A stretch of 64,000 bases of DNA from Octopus sinensis (GCF_006345805.1 NC_042998.1:199206001-199270000); one strand, 5' to 3'; shown: positions 39,571 through 53,151, numbered from the stretch's first letter. Notes: generated by a model not told the origin, from the letters alone. Numbers and translations: made by a program.

Positions 39571-40427
39571 TTCTAAAAGTAATACCGACTGACTTTATCT
39601 GTCAAGAAGGGAAAGTGATAGAGGATTACTAAACGCGGAAGATATTGTTGGTACAGCGATACTGGGGTTGAAAAAATATGTTGTACAGCAAAGAAAATAA
39701 AGAATACTTTCGGCATCAAGAGATACTAAAAAAATGGCTGAAGCAATAAGAGAATTCAAAGAAAAGAAGGAAGAAAATCAGAATGTACAAATGAGAAGAA
39801 ATGGAAGCGACTGGCCAATCATACAACAAATAGGAAGTGTTAGAAGTGAAGCCCACAGGCTTTGGTTGACTGACGAGAACTTGAAACGAGAAACAACTGA
39901 GGAACAAGCCCTTAGGGAAATCTGATCAAGGCAAAGATCGACAAAATTCAGCCAGACAGCAAACGCAGTGTCTGCAGGAAAGGAGACGAGAGTATCAATT
40001 ACATTTTGAGCGAGTGCAGTACAATAGCACAAAAAGGATACATGTGCAGACATGACTGCAGGCAAAAGAGTGCATTGGGATGTTAGCCGAGTGTGTGGCT
40101 TCAAAACAACAGAAAAGTGGTATGTAAAGTGGTATGAACACAAACTAGTGGCTGTGGTAGAAAATGATAATTACAAGATCTTGTGTGATTTCCCGACAAC
40201 GACTGAACATATTACTGAAGCAAGAAGACAGGATATGATGATGTTAGGGGACAAAAAAATGTGTAAGCTCATAGGTTTTGCAATTTGCTATGATAGCAGA
40301 GTCAGTGCCAATGAACTGAAAAAAATTGAGAAATATCAGGATCTAAGCAGAGAGCTAAGAAGACTGTAGAAGACGGAGACTGCAACTGCTCCTGTAGTAA
40401 TTGGTGCACTTGGCACAACAACCAAAA

Positions 40428-40809
40428 TCTTTATATATAAAAGTAAGGTTGTGTGTCTGTCTACTCCGATTTAGATTCCTAACTACTCCCACATTTTGCG
40501 GTGCAGTTTAACCAAAACCGGGTATCTTATAGTCGTGATTCATATCGAGCCCTTCTGGGTATTAGCACGCGTCTACGATGAGTCTACGATTTTAAAAATA
40601 ATTTTTTTCCATTTTAATGCATATTTTTTTAAATATAAGGGAAGTAACTCTCTAAAAATGTCTACGATGAGTCAACGATTTAAAAAAAAATTACCATAAT
40701 TTTTTTTCCATTTTTAATGCATTTTTTGCTATTTTTTGGCTATAACTCTCTAAAATGCTTTATTGTTATTTCCCTTACAAACCCGAGCAACGCCGGGCGA
40801 TACTGCTAG
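40428..40809 (+). mobile_element. Non-autonomous Helitron inserted in the LINE endonuclease region
   Basis: Removing it restores the frame IGALGTTTKMLYKRLKATGIEIRIVNCQKS. Confidence 0.9.
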
Positions 40810-41002
40810 TGCTATATAAAAGACTGAAAGCTACTGGAATTGAAATTCGCATTGTCAACTGCCAGAAAAGTACCCTCCAACTTTCTTGAGATTTTCTGAG
40901 ACTTGAGATTTTCTGTCACCAAATCTCAGGATAAAATACCTGCTAACTAAATTAGCACGCACAAGCGTAACAGCAACAACAACAACAGCAACAACGATCC
41001 TT

Positions 41003-41172
41003 TCTACTGTAAGGCACAAGATCTGAAATTTTGGGGGATGGGTATAGTTGATTGCCTCGATCCCAAAGTTCAATTGGTACTTATTTTATCAACCCTGAAA
41101 GAATGTATGTCAAAGTCGACCTCGGTGAAATTTGAACCCAGAATATAAAGATAGCCGAAATGCTGCTTAGCA
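41003..41172 (-). mobile_element. Diverged SINE A copy
   Basis: CAAAGTCGACCTCGGTGAAATTTGAAC; tail type 2. Confidence 0.7.
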
Positions 41173-41454
41173 AGGCATGGGACTATAACCTTTAGTGGAA
41201 GGCAGGAGTAAACCAACCTAATATTGATTTGAACCAGTGCTTTGTTGTATGGAAACTTTTACATTCCCTCGTTTCTGTTGTTGAAATATTAGAATTGTAA
41301 AAATGTACTTCTGGAAAACGAGTGATTGCATATGAAGTAAATATTTAGAAGTTGCAGAAAAGTTTGCGAGAAATATGTAGAGAAGAAGAGGATAAGAACG
41401 AAGGGGATGTGTTTCAGCGATGTAGGATGCGCGACAATCTAGGCATTAGAGTAT

Positions 41455-41920
41455 TCATCATCATCGTTCGACCCTGGTCGAGAGAATGGAATTTACCATG
41501 CTACGCCAGACTTCACGGTCCGTCGTGGCATTACGGAGGTCTTGTTGCTGGATGCCTGTATCCCTGGAGATTACATCAGGGTAGGAGAGTGTGCGCCCTC
41601 TGGTATTGCGAGTAGATGGCTTCCAGAGGAGAAGAGTAGAAATTGCCTCGTTTTCAGCTCTACAACAATGTCTAGCAAACTGGACTCTCCTACCTTTCAC
41701 AAGAGATGACACAGGTGGTAGTTTCCCATATATTTGCATTTTGGTTGGATGGCGCTTCCACGAGAGATTTTGAGCTCTCATAAGGAGGCGAGTGTAGGTT
41801 CCATCCAACCGCCTCTCAAGCTTCTTTGATAACGTCCAGGTTTCTGAGCCATATAGTAGAATTGGTTCGACTGTGGCTTTGAAGATTTCAAGAGTATTAA
41901 AGGAGATGCAAAGTGTTTAA
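41455..41920 (-). mobile_element. RTE-like LINE 3' end
   Basis: FKATVEPILLYGSETWTLSKKLERRLDGTYTRLL...RVQFARHC...LLLWKP...DREVWR; short (GAT)n tail. Confidence 0.85.
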
Positions 41921-42128
41921 TTATTTAGTGAACTCCTGGCGAGAAAGAACTCCTTTGTACACTATGTGCTTTTTGTAATAACTAACAGTGCCACAAGGAA
42001 ATCTTTGGAAAGATGGAAAATTATTCTCATTAACTATTTTCATGTTTTTGGTTCTGAGAGTTGAGCAACTTGAAAAAAATCCAAACAAGCGTATTGAAAA
42101 GCATATGAAACACTGATTTATATACTTA

Positions 42129-42515
42129 CTAGCAGTATCGCCCGGCGTTGCTCAGGCTTGTAAGGGAAATAACTATAAAGCATCTTTAGAGAGTTATAGC
42201 CAAAAAATAGCAAAAAAATGGAAAAAAAATGATGGTAAATTTTTTTTTGAGAGTAAAAAAAGGTTGAGTTGCGTCCCCTAGACAGTCTGTGGTTTGTTTT
42301 TTTTTATTCTCGACCCCATGTCGAATTTATCGATTTTTTTCAGAACTGGGAGAACTTTTCAAAATTTTCGCTGCGTTAGTTTTGAATTATGACATTGGGC
42401 TATGCGTGTGTCAAGTTTCATCAGAATCGGTTGAAAGCCGTGGTCAGGGTGAGGGTACAACCTGACAGACACACAGAAACACACACAGACAAACTGCCGT
42501 TTATATATAGAGAGA
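42129..42515 (-). mobile_element. Helitron variant: same 3' end, different 5' half
   Basis: Shared hairpin-CTAG end and A|T site; 5' half carries GTCAAGTTTCATCAGAATCGG, absent from the other four. Confidence 0.75.
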
Positions 42516-42516
42516 T

Positions 42517-42905
42517 TTACTCATTTACTCTCTTTTACTTGTTTCAGTGATTTGACTGTGGCCATGCTGGAGCACCGCCTTTAGTCGAGGAAATCGACCC
42601 CAGGACTTATTCTTTGTAAGGCTAGTACTTATTCTATCGGTCTCTTTTTTCCGAACCGCTAAGTTACGGGGACGTAAACACACCACCATCAGTCGTCAAG
42701 CGATGTTGGCGGGGGGGGGGGGCGGACAAAGACAACACACTAACATACACATACATATATACATATATACAACGAGCTTCTTTCAGTTTCCGTCTACCAA
42801 ATCCACTCACAAGGCTTTGGTCGGCCCGAGGCTATAGTAGAAGATACTTGCCCAAGGTGTCACGCAGTGGGACTGAACCTGGAACCATGTGGTTCGTAAG
42901 CAAGC
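42517..42905 (-). mobile_element. SINE family B
   Basis: Matches other copies; internal poly-G and (CA/TA). Confidence 0.88.
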
Positions 42906-43700
42906 TATACAGTTGTTTTAAAAGAAATGTATAATGCATTTCATAGTTCTCCCATAATCATAGAGAGGTCGTAGATTATCTGGAAAGCCCAAATTACACT
43001 TATTGACTATTTTTACCTATTTGGTGAGATAGATGGTTAGTGTTCGAAAGCGTTTATGCATACAAAGAGAAAATAGCTCTGACTTTAGTTTAAAAAGAGA
43101 TATTGACAAACGATATTTCACCTGATTCTCGTTTCTTAATCGATCGAATGCTAACGTGTTTAAAACATCTTCCCGACAAAACAGTTGAACATTTTTTCAT
43201 ACACTCTTTGTATGTCTTATACTGAGGGAGTTGGAGGTTGGGATGTATTTTGTCTTAATACCAGAATCTGCCAAAACTTTATCATAATTATAAAAGATAC
43301 GGCCCAGATCTTCTTCATCAAAATATATATTGCTAATCCACTTGATAAAATGAGTAATTTGCCCTTTCCAAACAACATACTTCTTAAGTGACAACTACCA
43401 TTATAGGAAAAACCAGAAGACTATTGATTTCTTTTTATAAATAATTAAACATTCTGCGTTTCTCAATATACTTAAACAATCTATTATTTTAGTGATGCTT
43501 TGATTGTTCTCGATTAACCAGCTAATCAATAAAACAGATTGGTTTCCTTCTTTAATATCTTAATGATTAAATTGTCTTAGCAGGCGGCGAACTAGCAAAA
43601 TCGTTAGCACGCCGGACTGCAGTCAGACGACGGCTAAACTGGCTGAAATTTCAAGATCACAGTCAACAATATCCTTGTTTAAGAATTATACACATTTATA

Positions 43701-43800
43701 TATATAGATCAAAGCAGTTTGATTCAAACTAGTTGGTACTCTTGAGTTTCAAGCGTGATGCTAGCCGTCAGCCGCTTTGAATCAAACTGTTTTGATTTAT
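43701..43800. repeat. Small inverted repeat (~29-bp arms)
   Basis: ATCAAAGCAGTTTGATTCAAA ... TTTGAATCAAACTGTTTTGAT. Confidence 0.7.
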
Positions 43801-43904
43801 ACATGTAAATCTCAGTAAATTAATTGATTGCCTGTCTTTTGTTTGTCCACTAACTCGTGTGTGTATGCGCGTGCGCGTATATATATATATATATATATAT
43901 TACG

Positions 43905-44222
43905 TGATCGACCAGGCTATTAGATATGACCGACCAGGCTATCAGATGTTGCTACATATCGTTGGTCACAATGCGCTTCGCATTGTTTTAGCCTTCAAAT
44001 GACGCCACCCCGCTGGCTAAGTGATTAGGCCAACAGAAGAAAAAGTGAGAGAAAGTTGTGGCGAAAAAGTACTGCAGGGATCGCCACCCCTCCCCTGCCG
44101 GAGCCTCGTGGAGCTTTAAGTGTATTCGCTCAATAAACACTCACAATGCCCGGTCTGGGAATCGAAACCGCGATCCTACGACCGCGAGTCCGCTGCCCTA
44201 ACCACTGGGCCATTGCGCCTCC
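43905..44222 (-). mobile_element. SINE C head and body with an alternative, RTE-like tail
   Basis: Head as in the other C copies; tail resembles the 3' end of the RTE at ~51560. Confidence 0.8.
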
Positions 44223-44257
<35 letters not shown>

Positions 44258-44419
44258 CATATATACATATGCACGCACACACTATGTATGTTTATACATA
44301 TATCTTCCGCACGCCTTTTGGCTTACACACACTCTCTCTCTGTCTCTGTCTCTCTCTTTCTCTTTCTCTCACATACGCTTAATACATCACAGTAAAAAGT
44401 AGATTCGACGAGAAGGATC

Positions 44420-44820
44420 GAATATTCTTTTCTGCTCTTGGCACAAGGCCCGAAATTTTGAGGGAGGGGGCCAGTCGATTAGATCGACCCCAGTACGCAA
44501 CCTCGAAAGGATGAAAAGCAAAGTTGACCTCGGCGGAATTTGAACCCAGAACGTAAAGACAGACGAAATAACGCTAAGCATTTCACCCGGCGTGGTAACG
44601 TTTCTCGTTTCTATTCTAGGCACAAGGCCCGAGATTTAAGGGAAGGGTGTCAATCGATTAGATCGACCCCTGTGTGTAACTAGTACTTAATTTATCGACC
44701 CCGAAATGATGAAAGGCAAAGTTGACCTCGGCGGAATTTGAACTCAGATCGTAAAGACAGACGAAATACCACTAGGCATTTCGCCCGTTGTGCTAACGTT
44801 TCTGCCAGCTCGCGGCCTTC
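44420..44820 (-). mobile_element. Two adjacent SINE A copies (tail type 2)
   Basis: Two B-box/Meta-like bodies, each with its own head remnant. Confidence 0.8.
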
Positions 44821-45259
44821 TACAAGTATCGAATATTAACTAAACTGTGCTGTCTTTCGTCAATAGTACAAATCCTTGCTAGAGCAGAGGTCGGTCAAGG
44901 TTACCTTTGACCATAGTCCTACTGAATCAAGACTGATATAAGGTTAAGCAACAGTAATCCAAAGCAGTAAGCAGGTATATTTAGGAATCAATTGGTTCTT
45001 TCAATTTTCCATGAATACTTTTAATGGGGCTTAGCTTTCATAGAAAGTGTGTGTATGTGTGAGTGATTGATAGGATGTGTGTGTGTGTGTGTGAGTTGGC
45101 AGTAACATTGCGCTACATATCAATCATACTGATGTGACGGCAGCGTACACCAACTTGGGGTATGGGACCTATTGTTCTATAATAAAGTATAGCATGTTGC
45201 TTTGCTTGCATAAATTGACTAACAACGAATAAAATAAATCCAAATACTTAACTGGTTCT

Positions 45260-45696
45260 GGATCATTTCGGTTTGAACTGCAGTTTTTTCTAGCGGTGTC
45301 ATATGAAATTGTCACCCATGATTATGACCCTAGTATCGATCTATTGCATTTCAATCTGTTTTAGGGCTAAGGTTAATTAGGGTTAGTTAGGGTTAGGGGT
45401 GGGGGAAAGGGTATATTTTTTCTTCACAAATGTAAATAAACCCAATCTGTTTCTTAAACGAGGGACATTCATACGGCACAGAATGTCTTTTTACCTCAAT
45501 AGACGTCATTGATTGGTTGAAATTGCAGAAACTGAAGAAAAAACAACAACAAATATCTTACAAACTATAGAATTTTCTCAATAAAGCCAAGAGAAAAAGA
45601 TGTTTTATAAACACATTCTACCAGTATACGAAGTTTAAAAGTGTTTAGTTACGTGGAAATTATTTTAAAAAACTGCCGGTCAAACCGAAAAGATCC
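45260..45696. mobile_element. TIR MITE (GG termini)
   Basis: GGATCATTTCGGTTTGAAC...CAAACCGAAAAGATCC; same family as 48274-48678; no clear TSD here. Confidence 0.85.
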
Positions 45697-46547
45697 CTCG
45701 AATATTTGTGCCAAATTACTGTTCTTATAACGAGTGAATCAATTGATTATTTGGAGATAATCGGATAGCAATTAATTGTTTTCATTTTATTAAGGCGTTG
45801 GACAAAATACCTTCCAGTATTACGACTAAAGGATTAAGTTTAAATTTCACCGAGGTCGATTTTCTCTATTATTCCTCCGAAGTGATTAAATTAACTGAGA
45901 TCCGTTTAATCGACTAAAGCACTCCCACAGAATTTCAGATATTGTGACTATGTTAAAAATATTGATATTCTAATTCATTTAAAAATTATGTTAGTCCATC
46001 TGAGTGGAATAACGTGGATTGAAAAATATTATTTTTAAATAATCTTAGACAATTGCTGTTATGAATTCACCATCTATTATTAAATATCACTGGAATAACA
46101 ACAAGAACATATTCGCAACAAGATAAAATGTAATAGAATTTTTGTCTTACAATGTTACGTTGTTAAAAATATTCTTCTATTTATAATTGACTGTATTTCA
46201 TACTTGCTGAAAAATAATGCTTGAAAGGTTGCGTTATTTAAAGAAATTGTGAGGATTAGCTGAGAAAAAGAAAGCATTTTAAAAACGTTTTTGGTTATAA
46301 TACTCGGAGAAGGAGGCGAATGACATTTACAAACATTTTCGCATGATTTACAGAAAGAGAATTCTTCGCTGTGGAAGTTACGACTGATTCTTGAATCCAA
46401 GCACAATTATCACTAATATCGTCTAAGCTGTACATGATATTCTTATCTTGCTAGAATCACAAAAATTCATGAACTCCTTTGCCAAACGGTTCCAGCATTT
46501 ACTGCAGTTGTCACATATTGGACACAGACATAATCAAGACAGATGAA

Positions 46548-47066
46548 GGCGGCGAGTTTGCAGAAACGTTAGCACGCCGGGCGAAATGCGTAGCCGTATT
46601 TCGTCTGCCGCTACGTTCTGAGTTCAAATTCCGCTGAGGTCGACTTTGCCTTTCATCCTTTCGGGGTCGATAAATTAAGTACCAGTTACGCACTGGGGTC
46701 GATGTAATCGACTTAGTCCCTTTGTCTGTCCCTGTCTGTCCCATCTGTGTTTATCCCCGTGTGGGTAGTAAAGAAATAGGTATTTTGTCTGCCACTACGT
46801 TTTGAGTTCAAATTTCGCCGATGTCGACTTTGCCTTTCATCCTTTCGGGGTCGATAAATTAAGTACCAGTTACGCACTGGGGTCGATGTAATCGACTTAG
46901 TCCCTTTGTTTGTCCTTGTTTCTCCCCTCTGTGCTTAGCCCCTTGTGGGTAGTAATGAAATATATAAACAAAACAGATAAGCTGGCGAGCTGGCAGAAAC
47001 GTTAGCACGCCGGGCGAAATGCGTAGCCGTATTTCGTCTGCCGTTACGTTCTGAGTTCAAATTCCG
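46548..47066 (+). mobile_element. SINE A dimer followed by an isolated head
   Basis: Junction AAAGAAATA|GGTATTTT; second head at 46983-47066. Confidence 0.88.
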
Positions 47067-47444
47067 TATTGCATGTATTCATAGGTAAAAGCCATGCTGT
47101 CACCTGCTTTGATTCCACCATCTGATACTTGTTTGTCTTCATCCGACGCTACACATTTGTCCGGGTGTCCATTTGAAATATATTCTATAACTATAAGTCT
47201 CTTACTCCTTGGTCTATCACGGAGATCATGAAAAGCACAAGGCACCCTGTTCTGCTTTCCTAAATATCAAAACCTCAGGAAATTTTACTAATTTCATAAC
47301 AGCCATATGTTATTTCGGTATTAGAATTTTCACCAAAGTTTTTTTCAGTTATCTCAGTTTGACAATTTTAAAAACAAGTCAGGATCGCACCACCTGTTGC
47401 GGGTTTCCGTCAGCGAAACCCGTTATTATTTATTAGTTTTACAT

Positions 47445-48014
47445 TTTAGCACAAGGCCAGCACTTTCGGGAAAGTGAGTAAGTCGATTACATCTATCTCA
47501 GTGCTTAATTAGTACTTATTTTTATCGAGAAAAGGAGAAAAGGCAAATTGGACCTCGGTGGGATTTGAACGCAGAACGTGCCGGCATGCTAACAATTCTT
47601 ATTTCTTTATTACCCACAATGAGCTAAACATAGAGAGAACAAACAAGGACAGACAAAGGAATTAAGTCGATTACATCGACACCAGTACAAAACTGGTACT
47701 TTATTAATCGACCCCGAAAGGATGAGAGGCAAAGTCGACCTCAGCGGAATTTGAAATCACAACGTAACGGCAGACGAAATACCTATTTCTATTTCTTTAT
47801 TACCCACAAGGGGCTAAACACAGAGGGGACAAACAAGGACAGACATAGGTATTAAGTCGATTACATCGACCCCAGTGCGTAATTGGTACTTAATTTATCG
47901 ACCCCGAAAGGATGAAAGGCAAAGTCGACCTCGGCGGAATTTGAACTCACAAATACATCACAAATACCGCTAAGCATTTCACCCGGCGTGCTAACGTTTC
48001 TACCAGCTCGCCGC
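47445..48014 (-). mobile_element. SINE A dimer plus a diverged adjacent copy
   Basis: Junction GAAATACC|TATTTC; head ends GCTCGCCGCC at 48014. Confidence 0.85.
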
Positions 48015-48273
48015 CTTAACGACTTTTATTTATTAAGAATGGATAAACGCTATTTATGCTATTTTTAAGAATCAATACTATATTGTGATTCACGCTGTTT
48101 TGCAACCTGTAATAATTTTATTTTGGTTTGGCAAACCACTACACGCATCAACAACAGTTTTGTTCAACGATTTCTATAGACTGGAGCGTCAGCTGTGATT
48201 TAACTTTAAGGTACCGGGTGATGTTTCATAATGAAGCGACAATTACACCATTCTAGAGGTCCGCTTAAGTTCC

Positions 48274-48678
48274 GGATCTTTTCGGTTTGAACGGCAGTTT
48301 TTCTAGCGGTGTCATATGAAATTGTCACCCATAATCATGACCCTAGAATCGATCTATTGCATTTCGATCTGTTTTAGGGTTGGGGTGGGGGAAAGGTATC
48401 TTTTTTTCTTCACAAATGTAAATAAACCCAATCTGTTTCTTAAACGAGGGACATATTCATGCGGCACAGAATGCTTTTTAACTCAATAGACGTCAGTGAT
48501 TGGTTGAAATTGCAGAAATGAAGAAAAACACAACAAATACCTTCACAAACTATATAATTTTCTCAATAAAGCCAGAGAAAAGATGTTTTATAAACACATT
48601 CTACCAGTATACGAAGTTTAAAATTTTTTAGTTACCTAGAAATTATGTTAGAAACTGCCGTTCAAACCGAAAAGATCC
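48274..48678. mobile_element. TIR MITE with 8-bp TSD (Merlin-like by GG ends and TSD length)
   Basis: TIR GGATCTTTTCGGTTTGAACGGCAG; TSD TAAGTTCC at 48266-48273 and 48679-48686. Confidence 0.85.
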
Positions 48679-49767
48679 TAAGTTCCTAGCAACAAGTTTG
48701 TTGTTTACAGACACCATCTATTAGGAAAAATCGTTCTCCGATACGATGTACTACGGCGAAATGCCATGTTCACAATCGAGTGTACAGGAACAGGGTAAGA
48801 ATTAATGCACTCATCAATATTATTATTTCATTTAGATTACAAGTAAGCTAAAAGATATACCAATTAAAATGAATGTAATATGAATTTCAAATGGTATTTT
48901 TTTTTGCTGTGAACTTATTACTGGGCAGAAAAGAAGGGAAATAGTAAGTTCTTTCCAATTACGTAATTTTTCTATTTTGAAGAATTTTCCAAAATATTCA
49001 TAATTTTTATTTTTCACACGAGAAAGAGTTTTACATTATATTATTTTTTTTATTACTATTACCTTTTTAAAAAATTATTTAACCATATTAAAAATTTTGG
49101 AATATAGTGTGCACCTTAGCTTATGTTTATTTCATTCTGTTGCTTTTAAACGTTTTTAAATACGTTGTCCTCAATTACTAGGAGGGGAAGAAGAAGAGGA
49201 AGGGAGAGTATTTTGTAATATCACATAGGTAACCAGTACATTAACGCCGCCCCACTCCATGCAAGCAACATATTTATTTACACTTTTCATTTTTTCAGTT
49301 AATCAATTCTCTCATTTTTACTTGAAATTAGTTGTATCTCATGAAAAAATATAGAATTCTGTGATGATTATTCAACCGATTGACATAAACTAATTCTAAA
49401 AAAACAATTTTTACAAATAGCAGTAAGTACCACACAAAAGTAATCGAAATAAGGACAGTGGTGATGGTCGACTGTAGAGGAACTTCGTCACAGAATACTA
49501 GTCAATAAATTTAGCCAACATGTGAACTCTAGCGTGGTTGCTCACCTTGCTAGAAATAGCAGCGAAATTCTTTCAAATCATATTGACAGTCTTTAAAAGA
49601 AAGGACACGTGTATGATGTAGTCCATATAAACGAGAAGATGGGATAGGCGGGCCCAGAATGTATTTGACCATAGGTTTACTCCATCAAGATTCACGTAGC
49701 TCCTCCTCCTCCTCCTCCTCAACAACAACAATAACAACAACAACGACAGCAGCAGCATCAACAACAC

Positions 49768-50132
49768 AGTGAGGTGCAATGGCCCAGTGGTTAGGGCGCG
49801 GACTCGCGGTTTCGATCCCAGGCCGGCGTTTTGTGTGTTTATTAAGCGAAAAACACCTAAGCTCCAAGAAGGCTCCGCAGGGGGTGTGGCGAACCCTGTT
49901 GCACTCTTTCGCTTCCCACTGTTCTCTCACTCTTTCTTCCCGTTTTTTATCCCCGACTTCCTACGCAACCGCTGAACCAGGATGAGCATTCATCCATTCG
50001 CCGATGCTCTCGGTGTCGGGGGTAGACCTGCTTTCTCTTCTGCGGGTCTTACGAATAGCAAAGGACCACGTTTCGGACTTCTCCCACTACAGACGGGACG
50101 AAGACCGCTTCGCTCAACAAACAAACAAACAA
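49768..50132 (+). mobile_element. SINE C variant with a third tail type ending (CAAA)n
   Basis: Head GAGGTGCAATGGCCCAGTGGTTAGGG; diverges from the other C copies after the CACTCTTTC body. Confidence 0.8.
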
Positions 50133-50859
50133 ACAAGCAGCAACAACCATTTCTGAAGTGATATTGAAATACTGTGCAGTAAAAAGAAATAACTGTTACA
50201 GTTCCGGGTAGGATCCTTCTTTGAACGAACATTGTTGCAATAAAAATGACTATTATGAGAAACGTTTCTGTGAAGATAGTGAAATCACCAAGTGAATTAT
50301 ATGCGGAACAAAATATTTCGTCATGGGATTTTAACTAAATACAAAAAGAAAACAAAAAAAACAAAACAATCAGTTAATGCTTCAACAAAAGGTCACTCTA
50401 TTGTGTATATTATTCTTACCTCAATTTCCTTTGTATCTCGTTTTACTTCAGTTGCTTTGGTAAACTGGAGCATCTCTGGTCAGGGCTGATAGGAATCGGT
50501 GAGAAGATTCTGTATTTGATATCGATGCTTCGTAAGTTTACTAATCTAATACTTATATTCATAGACACTCACTGATAAATGCTTCAAAGAAATGCTACTA
50601 TTAGATTAACTTTCGCAAATAATACATTTTCGCTATTCAATTAACAAACTCATCAGATCTCGCTTACTAATGATTATTTATTTCGGACACGCGATAAATT
50701 ACGATCTAGCCTGAGAAGTTAAAATTAAGATAACATTGGTCCAAGATAATTATTTAATACAATTACGTGAAAAGTTTACAATTAGTTACATTTTAGATAA
50801 TTACTAAAACTGAAAAAAAAAACAAAACAAAAAAACAAAAAAATAGTTTTCAAATTTTG

Positions 50860-51052
50860 GCACTAGGGCTGCGAGGAAACGCGCAAGTCGATTACATCGC
50901 CCCCAGTACTCAACTGGTACTTATTTTAAACGACCCCAACAAGATTAAATGAAAAGCCGACCTCGGCAGAATTTGTACTCAGAACGTATAGACGGACGAA
51001 ATGTCGTCACGCATTTTGTTCGACCTGCTAACAATTCTGCCATCTCGCTGAC
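50860..51052 (-). mobile_element. Diverged SINE A copy
   Basis: AAGTCGATTACATCG...GACCTCGGCAGAATTTG. Confidence 0.7.
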
Positions 51053-51544
51053 TTAATTATGTCCCCACCCAAAAGTTTTAAAATGTAACTCGTTTGCCAG
51101 TTATACTCGGGAACGATTATGACTCGGTAGCATACATTGTGTTTTCTTTCATTGTTTTAGGTGTCTACGTAGTCGAAAGCAGACCAAGATACTCTTGTTT
51201 CGCCCAACCTTCACCCAAGGGAATCAGTTCACACAAGCTTTACTTCATAAACAGACACAATGACTTATCTGCATATTATACGCTGCTAATGGTCTTGAAT
51301 GGATTTGACGCCTAATGCCCTTTCAGTTCAAAGAAAAACGTATCGCTGAAAGCTGCTAATCTTTAAAGTAAACTAAATGCATGGTTATCATCGCAAAAGT
51401 GACAATTTAATTGATGTTTCAAAAAAAGACACACGTCCAGTAATATGAATACATTTTCCCGTCCAAAGGAAACTAGAAGTGCATTATGAATAATTAATGA
51501 TGATTCTTCGTAAGTGTATGCGTATACATACATCAGAGTATCAT

Positions 51545-52440
51545 AGTATGGATCAGACCATCAGATACTGTTATATACCGCTGGTCACAATACGCATCCA
51601 ATTCTTCTTGATTGCGCAAATTTTTTTCCATCTTAAACTCATTGTCGTGAGGCCTTCACAAGTGGCCTCTGCCGTCTCTTGGATAGTTGTAGTTGTCGGA
51701 GCACTGCATCCTTCAAACTTCCATGCTTCCTGAGAGATTCGCCAACACTACACGATTTTCTCACCCTCCATACACCCGCAAGCATGTATCTGACTCATAC
51801 ACTGTTTCACTTCCCAGACATTTGTACATTGACTGCCTATAATTTATACGCACTTTTGAACAAGCTGTGGTGCACCTGAGCACTGTATACAATAATTTCA
51901 TTATTATATTATTATTAAATGCATAAGCAGATCAACCTGTTTCCTGTGAACCTTGCGACATGTCCGGTTCAGCAGAACTCGTGCGTTTGATACTCTGCAA
52001 TCAAATCGTTCATTCCGCTCCGTTCTAGAATTATCTCATTTCGAATGTTCTCTAAATGATATTCCAAGCACAGATCTTTCCATGGCCATTTGCGTCGTAG
52101 CCAGTCGATGTCCAATACCCTTCGTAGTAGCCCACGTCTCACTCGCATATAAGAACGCAGATAGGACTGTGCTATTGAAGAGTCTAGAATGTATGGTATT
52201 ATCTAGCTTTGTTTTGAGCACATTCTTTATCCAGTTAAAGGCCTTACATCTTGCCCTTATTCTCTTTGAGAGTCCAGCATCCATATCTCGGCGCATATTC
52301 ACGGTGTGCCCTGAGTAGATGTACCCTTTTACCTCCTCGATTTCACTTCTTCCCACCTCAAATGGGCCTTGTGCTACGTTTTCTGACTGCATCTATTTTG
52401 TTTTCATGTGGCTCATTTTAAGACCTACACCTTAGCTGTA
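51545..52440 (-). mobile_element. RTE-clade LINE 3' portion
   Basis: GYIYSGHTV...SRLFNSTVLSAFLYASETWATT...QMAMERSVLG; ~51740-51915 looks like a separate insertion with an (ATT)n tail. Confidence 0.85.
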
Positions 52441-52482
52441 GGTCTTAAGTGCATACGTGCGCTACCCCGGGCAGGACGACCC

Positions 52483-52784
52483 ACAACAATCTTCCCCTTA
52501 TACGCTACTCCTTATAGAGGGTGGGGAAGCTTTCTGACGCAGCGGTACTGGTACATTAGACCATTATAAGAAAGGTTCGTGTATTATATTGCTAACTAGA
52601 GACGATGCTTCTTGGAGCTAATCAACGGCAGACAACAATCTTCCCCTTATACGCTACTCCTTATAGAGGGTGGGGAAGCTTTCTGACGCAGGCGGGTACT
52701 GGTACATTTAGACCATTATAAGAAAGGTTCGTGTATTATATTGCTAACTAGAGACGATGGCTTCTTGGAGCTAATCAACGGCAG
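52483..52784 (+). repeat. Tandem duplication, 149 + 153 bp
   Basis: The two units differ only by four single-base insertions. Confidence 0.9.
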
Positions 52785-53019
52785 CATTCTTCCTATTTTC
52801 CGTACTGCGTTGTTAGTTTGGCGATAACTATTAATATCCAGTACCACTGCCGTAGTATCCGTTAGAGAGACTTAGAAATATTAATATTTCTATTTTGAAA
52901 ACCAGTTATGTATGCCACTGAATTTTAGTAAATAATCCTTCAAACAGACGGCCAGTAGCGACGCCTGCTGGGTTCGGTTATTCTATATTGATAGCAAGGG
53001 GAAGCGGCTGACCTTCCCT

Positions 53020-53103
<84 letters not shown>

Positions 53104-53151
53104 GTGTGTGTGTGTGTATTTCAATTGTTCTTCTTGAAATATTTTTCTCTT

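Noticed and set aside
46155-46406. ORF with CKSCENVCKC suggesting an LRR N-cap
   Set aside because: No consistent splice sites, and it lies upstream of the signal-peptide exon
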